Below are positions 8,208 through 15,929 of a DNA stretch of 46,362 bases, piece by piece. The first letter of the stretch is position 1, and every line of letters begins with the position of its first letter. Position numbers and translations under genes: made by a program. This DNA comes from a virus (Duplodnaviria > Caudoviricetes), in IMG/VR virus record IMGVR_UViG_3300022217_000001, positions 1 to 46,362 of that record; one strand, given 5' to 3'. The notes beneath the pieces were generated by a model. That model made no database searches and was not told the origin of the DNA. It was given only the letters and a program-made list of their open reading frames with translations.

Positions 8208-8908
8208 AGAACTTTAAACTCAACTACCCACACCCAAGGGTTAACGTCCCAACCATAGCCACGTTTTTGATTGATTGAGTCCCAAAGCTTTATAAAAACG
8301 GCTTTTTCTGGGCTATTATTTGGTAAACTATTGTTATATGAAGAATCAGCTATATCAATACACATTAAAGCATGTTCTGATTCCATGTTTATGCCTTCTG
8401 CAAGTGCGTCCTCAGGCGTAATATCCTGCACCCTCTCAACCCTGATATTTGTTATTTCAAGATTGGTACGAGAATATTCTCTACGCATAAAAATAGAGGG
8501 TTTCCATTTAACGTTTTCAATCCCTATGTCATTACTAATGGCGTATTCGTAAGGGATGGCACATTTACTATCTGCTAATTGTTCAATGTATATTGGGTCT
8601 TCTTCTTCAGGTAAACTGTCACCGGCTACTATCTCACCTATGCAAAATCTTTCTCGCACCCAAAGCCGATCACCTACCTGACCATAAGGGCAAGCGTTTA
8701 TCCAGTTTTGTTGGTCTTGAAATTCATACTTCTTTTTATATAGCCACCGCCAAACAAACATTCCAATGCTTCCATATTTGTGCTTGTATGGCTGAGGTTT
8801 TATAACTCTTCTCGTCTGAGTCTTTCTCCCAGACAAAACAGCCTTGACCATTGCGGTATTGTATAGTATTGGTTTTTCTGAATGTGTACTGCTAGATTGG
8901 TTTTGCAT
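8204..8908 (-). CDS. ASCH/PUA-like phage protein
   Basis: PILYNTAMVKAVLSGRKTQTRR, CPYGQVGDRLWVRE, WKPSIFM, VERVQDI, NPWVWVVEF. Confidence 0.8.
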   Translation of the reverse strand: MQNQSSSTHSEKPILYNTAMVKAVLSGRKTQTRRVIKPQPYKHKYGSIGMFVWRWLYKKKYEFQDQQNWINACPYGQVGDRLWVRERFCIGEIVAGDSLPEEEDPIYIEQLADSKCAIPYEYAISNDIGIENVKWKPSIFMRREYSRTNLEITNIRVERVQDITPEDALAEGINMESEHALMCIDIADSSYNNSLPNNSPEKAVFIKLWDSINQKRGYGWDVNPWVWVVEFKVL

Positions 8909-9016
8909 GATACCCTCCGTGTAAAAGGTTTAATGGAGCAGGAAAGGAAGGCAGTGTACACGCACTGTCAATTAAGGGATGCCTCCCAACCTTTCCGGCT
9001 TAGAATGAATGCAAGT

Positions 9017-9045
9017 ATTATATTAAATTACTTTGTTTGATGCAA
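9017..9045 (-). promoter_or_regulatory. Sigma-70 promoter for the replication operon
   Basis: TTGCAT-17-TATAAT. Confidence 0.7.
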
Positions 9046-9153
9046 GGGGTTTATTAGCCAGAGCCATTGCCAGAGCCATTGCCATCGGCTTTTCACAGGC
9101 CTCAACACTCAAAACAACTCCCCTGTTTTTTCTTTGCTTTTCAATGAAAATAC

Positions 9154-9831
9154 TTACTTTGGAAATTCTTGTCGCCTCAAATCTTCAGGCCATTCTTTAG
9201 GATTAGTTGACAACTTATTGCCAAAATCAAGCTGTTTTATAAATACAGGTATTTCCATATCATCACATTGCCTGATAATATCCCATATCCACTCAAGATT
9301 ACATGGCCGTCTATTTGGCCCTGATTCCGCCCCAACTATCACCCAATCTATACCATTTAAATTTAAGTTGCCGATATCACCAATAAGCGGTTCTATCGAT
9401 AGAAATTTAACAGGTGCAATTTTATATCTAAGCCTATCAATTCGCCATTTGTTTTTTGCATTCTCAACCGTAACGCCTATCCATTGATTGTCACTCAAAA
9501 TATTTATCATCCGATCTGGACGTTTAGTTAATAACAAATATGTAAGATGTGGCGTTTTCTCCATTATTTTGTACGCGTCCATCCTCCATTTATCTGCCTC
9601 TTTTATAAAAAAGTCACTCCACGAGCAAACAAAGACTTTTGCAGGTTCCTTCCATGTTAAAGGCTTATTGAAAGTAGCAAGTGCCGATCTCACAACTATT
9701 GATGCATCTTGACCATAGCGTTTTTTATCTCTATACATATAACAGTTCTTACAGCCATCACTTACTTTATGGCAACCTTGCCACGGATTCCAAGTGTGAT
9801 CAGTCCATGCTATTTTACTGTTTTCTCCCAT
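9154..9831 (-). CDS. DUF5131 (Gp37/Gp68) radical-SAM-like protein
   Basis: IAWTDHTWNPWQGCHKVSDGCKNCY, SWSDFF, LTKRP, IDWVIVGAESG. Confidence 0.9.
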   Translation of the reverse strand: MGENSKIAWTDHTWNPWQGCHKVSDGCKNCYMYRDKKRYGQDASIVVRSALATFNKPLTWKEPAKVFVCSWSDFFIKEADKWRMDAYKIMEKTPHLTYLLLTKRPDRMINILSDNQWIGVTVENAKNKWRIDRLRYKIAPVKFLSIEPLIGDIGNLNLNGIDWVIVGAESGPNRRPCNLEWIWDIIRQCDDMEIPVFIKQLDFGNKLSTNPKEWPEDLRRQEFPK

Positions 9832-9839
9832 ATCCTCTC

Positions 9840-10421
9840 CTACTTCCTTCGATTATTGTCATAATTTTCAGGAACCAGATTCTCGCAACCATCGCAATAA
9901 TGCCGTCCTTTACTTTCCCAATATAGTCCCCCGCTCCACGTATCAAATAAATCATCACAGTTCCAACATTTTTCAATGCGATCCGGCAAAATGGGGAAAT
10001 GTACCTGCAAATACCAAATAATTGTAAACGCCTTTTTCGATGTCAATTTGGGTTGGTCTCCCCATGCCAATGTAATGCTATCAGGACATTCACCTTGTAA
10101 AAATTGATAAAACTCTTCAATCCACTCTAAATCTGTATCAGTTCTGTTCTGGTTGTTTTTCAGTAGCCGGATTTCATTATTTATCTCCTGCTTATAAGGC
10201 CGAGATAACAACTCTTTTTTAACAACAACATTACCGCCCAACATACAAGAAAAATACCCCTGTCCGTGTGGTAATTGTCCTTTTGGCAATGCAACGGATC
10301 TTGTCAGTGCTTGCTTATAAAGATTGAGCTCGGCTTTTACTTCTTTAAATCTTGTAAGTAATTCCTGTTTGTCTTTTTCAGAGATATTGTATATCTCAAA
10401 GAAATCATCGAATATATCCAT
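9840..10421 (-). CDS. Hypothetical protein with C-terminal CxxC pairs
   Basis: CWNC...CDGC; AGGAG RBS. Confidence 0.6.
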   Translation of the reverse strand: MDIFDDFFEIYNISEKDKQELLTRFKEVKAELNLYKQALTRSVALPKGQLPHGQGYFSCMLGGNVVVKKELLSRPYKQEINNEIRLLKNNQNRTDTDLEWIEEFYQFLQGECPDSITLAWGDQPKLTSKKAFTIIWYLQVHFPILPDRIEKCWNCDDLFDTWSGGLYWESKGRHYCDGCENLVPENYDNNRRK

Positions 10422-10433
10422 TATTCTCCTTTT

Positions 10434-10646
10434 CTACTTGCAGTTGATTTGTTTGTTAGAGTGTTTTTTTATAAAGTCTGTTAGCTCATTAAGTAGTTTT
10501 TTTGCATTTGATACGTCCAACTCAAACATATTTGTTACATTTTCAAAAGTATAGCCACCGTCTAATGAACAATCACTTTCTTGCGTAATGGCTATATTAA
10601 ATGTTTCTTTAACCTCAGTTGTAAATTCACCATCTAATAAATTCAT
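10434..10646 (-). CDS. Hypothetical protein
   Basis: GGAGG RBS. Confidence 0.6.
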   Translation of the reverse strand: MNLLDGEFTTEVKETFNIAITQESDCSLDGGYTFENVTNMFELDVSNAKKLLNELTDFIKKHSNKQINCK

Positions 10647-10657
10647 TTCATACCTCC

Positions 10658-10876
10658 TTATAAAACTCCTGATTTAATTAATAATTGAGTAATTATTCCC
10701 CCGGTCATGCCACCGATAATCCCACCGATAATCCCCCAGTATAAGAGACTGCCTAAAAGTGTTTTTCTGTGTGTTACTATGGATTCATCAATACAGCCTG
10801 TTGGGCCATAATGTAATCCACAATTGTCTTTATAGTCTCTATGGAATTTATCACAGCATGTTCTATTGCAATTCAT
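10658..10876 (-). CDS. Small Cys-rich protein with a C-terminal TM helix
   Basis: GGAGG RBS; Gly-rich hydrophobic tail. Confidence 0.55.
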   Translation of the reverse strand: MNCNRTCCDKFHRDYKDNCGLHYGPTGCIDESIVTHRKTLLGSLLYWGIIGGIIGGMTGGIITQLLIKSGVL

Positions 10877-10898
10877 ATTTTCATCCCTCCTTTTTGTA

Positions 10899-10989
10899 GA
10901 CAATCTATCATTGTTTTATTGCGATTGTCAACCAATAAAAAAATTAATTTACTTTTTTTGTTGCATTATGTTTTTAAATGAGGTAATAT
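10899..10989. promoter_or_regulatory. Divergent early promoter pair (genetic switch region)
   Basis: Minus strand TTGACA(10931-10926)-18-TAGATT; plus strand TTGCAT(10961)-17-TAATAT; GACAATC...GATTGTC inverted repeat at 10899-10929. Confidence 0.65.
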
Positions 10990-11015
10990 CACTTTAAATC
11001 AATTAAGGAGTAGTT

Positions 11016-11240
11016 ATGGAAAAATTTATTGAACTGGTTAGAGTCGAGCGGATTATCGTGCTAAAAAAATCACAGGCTGAAATGGATTTATATGTCGGAG
11101 TGTCGCAGCATACGACACACAAACTTGAAGCCGGTAGAATATCAAACTATAATACTCTAAATAAATATCTAACTAAATGTGGCTATGAACTACAGGCTGT
11201 TAAAGTCAAAAAAAGGGAGGGGAATAATGAATTATCATAA
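11016..11240 (+). CDS. XRE/Cro-like HTH protein
   Basis: KSQAEMDLYVGVSQHTTHKLEAG. Confidence 0.75.
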   Translation: MEKFIELVRVERIIVLKKSQAEMDLYVGVSQHTTHKLEAGRISNYNTLNKYLTKCGYELQAVKVKKREGNNELS

Positions 11241-11418
11241 AAAGATAAACGCTCAAAGAGAGCTACTTGATATGTCCCTAGAAGTTCTTTCTGGACTGAC
11301 TGAGATATCCGTGGGTAAGTTAAAAGAAATCGAAAGCGGTGCAGACTTTACGCCACAACAGCTTTATTTAATATCCCAGGCCCTAGGTATTTGGTTGATG
11401 TCGGAATGGGAAAAATAA
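11227..11418 (+). CDS. XRE/Cro-like HTH protein
   Basis: MSLEVLSGLTEISVGKLKEIESG...ISQALG; stop codon in the attC-like core. Confidence 0.75.
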   Translation: MNYHKKINAQRELLDMSLEVLSGLTEISVGKLKEIESGADFTPQQLYLISQALGIWLMSEWEK

Positions 11419-11511
11419 CGATTGAGTTCACCGGCAGAATGCCGAGTGAATAACTTGAATTACACATTGAAATATCGCGGCATTCTGTCCGAGTGCAACG
11501 ACTTGTTATAT
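11413..11511 (-). repeat. attC-like site B (99 bp)
   Basis: Minus strand ATATAAC-AAGTC-GTTGCACTCGGACAGAATGCCG...CGGCATTCTGCCGGTGAAC-TCAATC-GTTATTT with three unpaired bases on the R''/L'' arm. Confidence 0.85.
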
Positions 11512-11524
11512 GCGAGGGTTATAT

Positions 11525-11692
11525 ATGGAGAAAGTAGATGACGATACGGTGCAGGATTTTTTAATTTGGCTAAAAGGTCGAGAGAGTGATATTGCTGACG
11601 GTATAGAAGATTTTGGCGAACTGCAAGAGCTTTTCCACCAGCTTTATGGGCGCAACGCTGGCGAGCCTGATGCTGATACGCCATTATTTTAA
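11525..11692 (+). CDS. Acidic 55-aa cassette gene between attC-like sites B and D
   Basis: GAGG RBS; MEKVDDDTVQDFLIWL... Confidence 0.65.
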   Translation: MEKVDDDTVQDFLIWLKGRESDIADGIEDFGELQELFHQLYGRNAGEPDADTPLF

Positions 11693-11694
11693 GC

Positions 11695-11825
11695 AAATAA
11701 ATTTGAATTAACTGGCTTGCGGGCCAAAGGAGGGGATGATGGAAGAATATGAAAAGCCGTGGACAAAAGAACAAGTTGCAAAAGCCATGCTTGGTAGCAA
11801 GTCCGAGTTGAATGAGGGGTTAAAT
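11695..11825 (-). repeat. attC-like site D (degenerate R'), with an ORF start inside its loop
   Basis: Arms ATTAACTGGCTTGC and GCAAGTCCGAGTTGAAT pair with extra bases; GTTAAAT at 11819-11825. Confidence 0.7.
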
Positions 11826-11984
11826 GCCCTTGTTCCTCTATGGGAAAACCGTTGGAGAAATTGTTTGTTACAAGCCGAACAATTAGGGAAAAGAGGAAAA
11901 TATTATGAAGCTGCTGAACGCAAAATTCAGGCAAACGCATTTATGGACGCAGCAAAAGAGCTCAAAGAGAAATTGGGCATTTAA
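11736..11984 (+). CDS. Hypothetical cassette gene running from the loop of site D to site C
   Basis: GGAGGGG RBS in the loop; SKSELNEGLNA is encoded by the attC arm; TAA stop in ATTTAAC. Confidence 0.7.
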   Translation: MMEEYEKPWTKEQVAKAMLGSKSELNEGLNALVPLWENRWRNCLLQAEQLGKRGKYYEAAERKIQANAFMDAAKELKEKLGI

Positions 11985-12026
11985 CAATTAACTCAGCGGC
12001 GTAGTCCGCTGTATTGGTAGTTAAGG
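11979..12026 (-). repeat. attC-like site C (48 bp)
   Basis: Minus strand CCTTAAC-TACCA-ATACAGCGGACTACGCCGCTGAG-TTAATT-GTTAAAT. Confidence 0.8.
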
Positions 12027-12033
12027 AGGGAAA

Positions 12034-12288
12034 ATGGGCGATATGGGAGATGATTTTAAGGCTATGAAGGAACATAGCAAGAAAAAAAGAGCAGGCAATA
12101 GGGAACAGTCAGCACAGCACTTGAGAGATAGAGGAATATTGTTTTCCGCTAACAATAATGGGGCGCACTTGATAGTGGAGGGCAAAGACGGTTATATAGA
12201 TTTCTGGCCTGGAACTGGTAGATGGAAAACACGGAAAGGTAAAACTGGATTTGGAGTAAGAAATCTGGCTAAACTGATAAATGGCTGA
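12034..12288 (+). CDS. Conserved hypothetical phage protein
   Basis: MGDMGDDF...NNGAHLIV...IDFWPGTGRW pattern. Confidence 0.7.
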   Translation: MGDMGDDFKAMKEHSKKKRAGNREQSAQHLRDRGILFSANNNGAHLIVEGKDGYIDFWPGTGRWKTRKGKTGFGVRNLAKLING

Positions 12289-12448
12289 TTATCAAGTATA
12301 TAACAGTGCTAGCGACAAAAGTGATCCCAGAAACGCAGATGATTGCACTTGTGATAGACCTTATCATGGTATGTGTATATGTAATCATGATGATGATTGT
12401 TTGTGCCGGGGATGTGTTGAAAGGAGAGAAGAACATGAAGAGAGATAA
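12281..12448 (+). CDS. 55-aa Cys/Asp-rich peptide (7 Cys)
   Basis: Manual translation MADYQVYNSASDKSDPRNADDCTCDRPYHGMCICNHDDDCLCRGCVERREEHEER; overlaps both neighbours. Confidence 0.55.
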   Translation: MADYQVYNSASDKSDPRNADDCTCDRPYHGMCICNHDDDCLCRGCVERREEHEER

Positions 12449-12827
12449 ACCAGAAGTGGGGCAAACTATCTACAGCCTGAATGTTGGTAACGCCTGTCGA
12501 GGTAACAGAGAACAATTTCTCACACCTATGACTGTTGTAAGTGTCGGTAAAAAATATTTCTATTTACAAGAAAAGGATAGGGACTGGCCATCACGTTGTC
12601 GTCTGCAATTTTATATTGATACATGGTGTGAGAAATCAAATTATCTATCAGATCATCGTCTTTATGCTGCTGAGAAAGAGTGGTTGGATGAAAAAGAAGA
12701 ATCAGACATTTGCACGGAAATATATAAAGCCTTTGAATATAGAAAAAACCATTTAAATTTATCGCTTGATAAACTTAGGGCTATATTAGCTATTGTTAAG
12801 GAGGAAGATAATGGAGAAAGAACTTAA
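12435..12827 (+). CDS. Hypothetical SH3/beta-barrel-like phage protein
   Basis: PEVGQTIY...TVVSVGKKYFY; AGGAG RBS. Confidence 0.6.
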   Translation: MKRDKPEVGQTIYSLNVGNACRGNREQFLTPMTVVSVGKKYFYLQEKDRDWPSRCRLQFYIDTWCEKSNYLSDHRLYAAEKEWLDEKEESDICTEIYKAFEYRKNHLNLSLDKLRAILAIVKEEDNGERT

Positions 12828-13014
12828 AATCATTGTAGCTGAGAATGGGTTTGTTGTAGAAGCATTTAATAGTCCAGGAATGCAAGGCAAAATGTGGGCT
12901 TTTGAAACGCCTGATTCTTTAGCAAAGCATATAAAGAAATGGGGAGAAGGACAAGTCAAGGCTGAAACGCAGATAAATAACTCAAACTTATTGAGGATGT
13001 TTTTGATAATATAG
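12811..13014 (+). CDS. Hypothetical protein
   Basis: AGGAGG RBS; LKIIVAENGFVV. Confidence 0.6.
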   Translation: MEKELKIIVAENGFVVEAFNSPGMQGKMWAFETPDSLAKHIKKWGEGQVKAETQINNSNLLRMFLII

Positions 13015-13038
13015 TTGGTTGGGCAGACAAATAACAGT

Positions 13039-13109
13039 TTGAGGCTGCATCGAGGGCTACTTATTTATCTTGATAGTAGTAAGTAGATATAGCCTCTTTG
13101 CAGCCTCAA
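13039..13109. other. Long intergenic stem-loop
   Basis: TTGAGGCTGCA/TGCAGCCTCAA outer stem plus inner GGCTA/TAGCC and CTACTTA/TAAGTAG. Confidence 0.65.
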
Positions 13110-13131
13110 TTCAAAATTAAAGAGGAAAGCG

Positions 13132-13347
13132 ATGATTTGGAAGAAATATCTTAAGAACTGTTGTGATACATATCCAGAATATAATCTTATGACTATGTAT
13201 AAAATGGGCAATATGGGTAGGCCTGAATTTGTAAGAAAAATGGCCGAGATATTTTTTGTTGGCATGGAGAATAACTCAGTCTTAGCGATTGAAACAAGGA
13301 ATCAATTAATTAATTTGCGTACTAAAGGAGTACTAACATTTACATAA
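13132..13347 (+). CDS. Hypothetical protein
   Basis: GAGG RBS. Confidence 0.5.
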   Translation: MIWKKYLKNCCDTYPEYNLMTMYKMGNMGRPEFVRKMAEIFFVGMENNSVLAIETRNQLINLRTKGVLTFT

Positions 13348-13363
13348 TTAAAGGGAGGAAGAA

Positions 13364-13561
13364 ATGGCTAAAAGATATTGGGAAGTAACTACATCAATGG
13401 GATATGTCGGAACAGAAACAACAGAAAAAATAGATTTAATAGAAGAGGGTTTATATACAGAAGAAGAGCTTGAAACATTGACTGACGATCAAGTAGTCGA
13501 TCAATTATATGATGATGCTTTTGATATAGCTCAACAGATGATAGACATTAGTGTTAAATAA
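13364..13561 (+). CDS. Acidic hypothetical protein
   Basis: GGGAGG RBS. Confidence 0.65.
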   Translation: MAKRYWEVTTSMGYVGTETTEKIDLIEEGLYTEEELETLTDDQVVDQLYDDAFDIAQQMIDISVK

Positions 13562-13571
13562 CCCCTAAAAC

Positions 13572-13694
13572 AAGCGGAGTGTAGGGAGTAAAAAATGTGG
13601 GTTCGATTCCCATCTTCTCATAGAGACGCTCTTGGAGAGAAGCCCTAACAAGGTCAGAACGGTTCGATTCCGTAAGGATTCCCTGCCTCCGCTT
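13572..13694 (+). ncRNA. Structured RNA with two T-loop (GGTTCGATTCC) hairpins
   Basis: Closing stem AAGCGGAG.GTAGGGAGT/ATTCCCTGC.CTCCGCTT; T-arms near 13597-13613 and 13659-13673. Confidence 0.6.
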
Positions 13695-13703
13695 CAAATA
13701 AAT

Positions 13704-13827
13704 GGTAAGGTGGCTCAAGTTCTTGGCAAAGAACATACAGCACACAATGGCAAGTGGTATCTACATAATAATAATTATAAGCCAAATAATTATTTGTAGA
13801 TTGAAGGTGTAAATCCTTCCCTTACCC
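13704..13827 (+). ncRNA. tRNA-like RNA or pseudo-tRNA with an expanded interior
   Basis: Acceptor stem GGTAAGG/CCTTACC, TGGCTCAA start, T-arm GAAGG-TGTAAAT-CCTTC; no canonical anticodon arm. Confidence 0.55.
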
Positions 13828-13848
13828 CTAAATAAATGGAGGGATAGA

Positions 13849-14016
13849 ATGGAAACCAGACACACAATAGAAGTGAGTACCGAAGAATTCGAGCGTCATA
13901 GACTTAATATGGTTGATTCTGACGGTGGTTATCTTGAGGAGGATGCAGAGCAAGGATTCCTTGAGGTAAAGGGCTTAAATGGGAAAATTAATATTTTAGT
14001 TTGTAAGGAGAATTAA
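13849..14016 (+). CDS. 55-aa acidic hypothetical protein
   Basis: Manual translation METRHTIEVSTEEF...; GGAGG RBS; abuts recT. Confidence 0.6.
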   Translation: METRHTIEVSTEEFERHRLNMVDSDGGYLEEDAEQGFLEVKGLNGKINILVCKEN

Positions 14017-14886
14017 ATGAGCAATTCTTTAGTGAAGGAGAATGAAATAAAGAAAGCTATTAGCAGCCCAGATGTTGAGGAAGCTTTTCTTAGCAATGCA
14101 AGTAAAGAAGCACTTGTGAGGGAAATAAACTTCGCTCTCCAAATCCTACAGGGAAATGAATATCTCCAAAAATGCAAGCCGGATACTATAAGGAATGCAG
14201 TTAAGAATGTAGCTTTGACAGGTATAACTTTGAACCCATCGCAGGGATTGGCCTATTTGGTTCCGAGAAAAGCTAAGAGAACAGACCAATTTCAATCCTG
14301 CTGCCTTGATTTCTCCTATAAAGGCCTTTGTCATATAGCAGTTCAATCTGGCGCAGTGTATGACATTTCTGCTCATGTAGCATACAAGAAGGATGACTTT
14401 TATATTGAGCAGGGAACTACTCCACAAATTAAGCATATTGTTTCTTTAGAGCAAGATCGAGGGGAGGCTACCCACGTCTATGCTATCGCCAGCCTACATC
14501 ACAACATAAAGAAATTTGAAGTCATGACCATAGCAGAAGTAAACGAAATCCGAAGAATGTCAAAGCAGCCTGATGGCATGATGTGGAAAGACTTCTTTGG
14601 CGAAGGTTGCAGAAAAACAGTGATCAAAAGGATCTGTAAATACTTGCCGCAAAAAGGGGCATTGGCCGAAGCGGTGGCACTTAGCCATGAGATTGACGGT
14701 GCCAATGATGATTTTATCTATATTTCTGAAAGTCAAATTGAGGAAATAAACAAACTCTTGGAGGAAAAGGGCGCGGCACTGGAAGCATTGTTAAATTATC
14801 TGAAAGTTGATAGTTTAGAAAAAGTGCTGTCTTCTGATTACAACAGAGCTATTCAAAGCCTAAAACTCATAGAGGTAGATAAGTGA
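14017..14886 (+). CDS. recT: RecT-family single-strand annealing protein
   Basis: GITLNPSQGLAYLVP, DFSYKGL, EGCRKTVIKRICKYLP. Confidence 0.9.
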   Translation: MSNSLVKENEIKKAISSPDVEEAFLSNASKEALVREINFALQILQGNEYLQKCKPDTIRNAVKNVALTGITLNPSQGLAYLVPRKAKRTDQFQSCCLDFSYKGLCHIAVQSGAVYDISAHVAYKKDDFYIEQGTTPQIKHIVSLEQDRGEATHVYAIASLHHNIKKFEVMTIAEVNEIRRMSKQPDGMMWKDFFGEGCRKTVIKRICKYLPQKGALAEAVALSHEIDGANDDFIYISESQIEEINKLLEEKGAALEALLNYLKVDSLEKVLSSDYNRAIQSLKLIEVDK

Positions 14887-15488
14887 TTGCCTTAGATTGC
14901 CCACAGGGCAGTGAAGAGTGGCAATCTGCAAGGGTGGGCCTGCCTACGGCCTCAGTTATGAATCAAGTCATAACAACTAAAGGCGAAGTTTCAAAGCAGG
15001 GTGAAAAGCTCATGTGGAAACTGGCCGGTGAAAGGATAATAGGGAAAAAGGAAGAGACCTACACAAACGCTGCAATGGAAAGAGGCATAGAGTTAGAACC
15101 AGAAGCAAGGGCTCTATTTGAGCTTCTGACTGGCCTTGACGTTCAAGAGATAGGTCTATGCTACTTTGATGATAAAAAGTCCTTGGGATGCTCTCCTGAT
15201 GGCCTTATAGGTGATAATGAAGGACTGGAGATCAAATGTCCTTCGCTGGCTGTTCATGTTGGGTATCTGATAAAAAATAAACTCCCAACTGATTACTTTC
15301 AGCAAGTTCAAAGCAGCCTTTACATTACAGGCTGTGAGCGTTGGCATTTTTTCTCTTACTATCCTGGAATCAAGCCTTTTCACATAATTGTAGAGCGCGA
15401 CGAAATATGGATTGCTAAATTTTCAAAGATTATCAGTGAATTTTGCGAAGAGCTTGAGGGAGCTTATAAAAAGTTGAAGGAGGTTTGA
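14883..15488 (+). CDS. YqaJ/lambda-type exonuclease
   Basis: [36 protein letters not shown]. Confidence 0.9.
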   Translation: MIALDCPQGSEEWQSARVGLPTASVMNQVITTKGEVSKQGEKLMWKLAGERIIGKKEETYTNAAMERGIELEPEARALFELLTGLDVQEIGLCYFDDKKSLGCSPDGLIGDNEGLEIKCPSLAVHVGYLIKNKLPTDYFQQVQSSLYITGCERWHFFSYYPGIKPFHIIVERDEIWIAKFSKIISEFCEELEGAYKKLKEV

Positions 15489-15489
15489 T

Positions 15490-15885
15490 ATGGCTAGTTT
15501 GAATAAGGTTCATCTTATAGGAAATCTGGGCCGTGATCCAGAAGTGAGATACACGAAGTCTGGTAAAGCGGTTGCTTCATTCAGTATCGCAACTACGGAA
15601 AAATGGACTGACGAATCAGGCAATAAGAACAAAAAAACAGAGTGGCATCGAATAATTGCATGGGGAAAACTTGGCGAAATCTGCGGAGAATACCTTTCCA
15701 AGGGGAATCAGGTTTATATTGAGGGTAAATTACAAACGAGGGAGTGGGAAGATAAAGACGGCAACAAGAGGCAAACAACAGAGATTGTCGCCAGCAATAT
15801 GACCATGCTCGGTCAGGCAGGCGGTGCTGGTAACTCAAATAATAGTGGGGCAGATGACTTTGAGGAGGAGGATATACCCTTCTAA
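15490..15885 (+). CDS. ssb: Single-stranded DNA-binding protein
   Basis: [22 protein letters not shown]-terminal DIPF. Confidence 0.97.
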   Translation: MASLNKVHLIGNLGRDPEVRYTKSGKAVASFSIATTEKWTDESGNKNKKTEWHRIIAWGKLGEICGEYLSKGNQVYIEGKLQTREWEDKDGNKRQTTEIVASNMTMLGQAGGAGNSNNSGADDFEEEDIPF

Positions 15886-15929
15886 AACGGATTTTACTTG
15901 AGAACAATTAAACTAAGGAGGATTTTGCA

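Noticed and set aside
9055-9085. GCCAGAGCCATT tandem repeat (would encode DGNGSGNGSG on the minus strand)
   Set aside because: No intact ORF with a start and RBS; probably a relic of a Gly-rich gene.
12785-12805. GTTAAGGAGG as another attC core
   Set aside because: No upstream complementary arm or AAC core; explained as an RBS.
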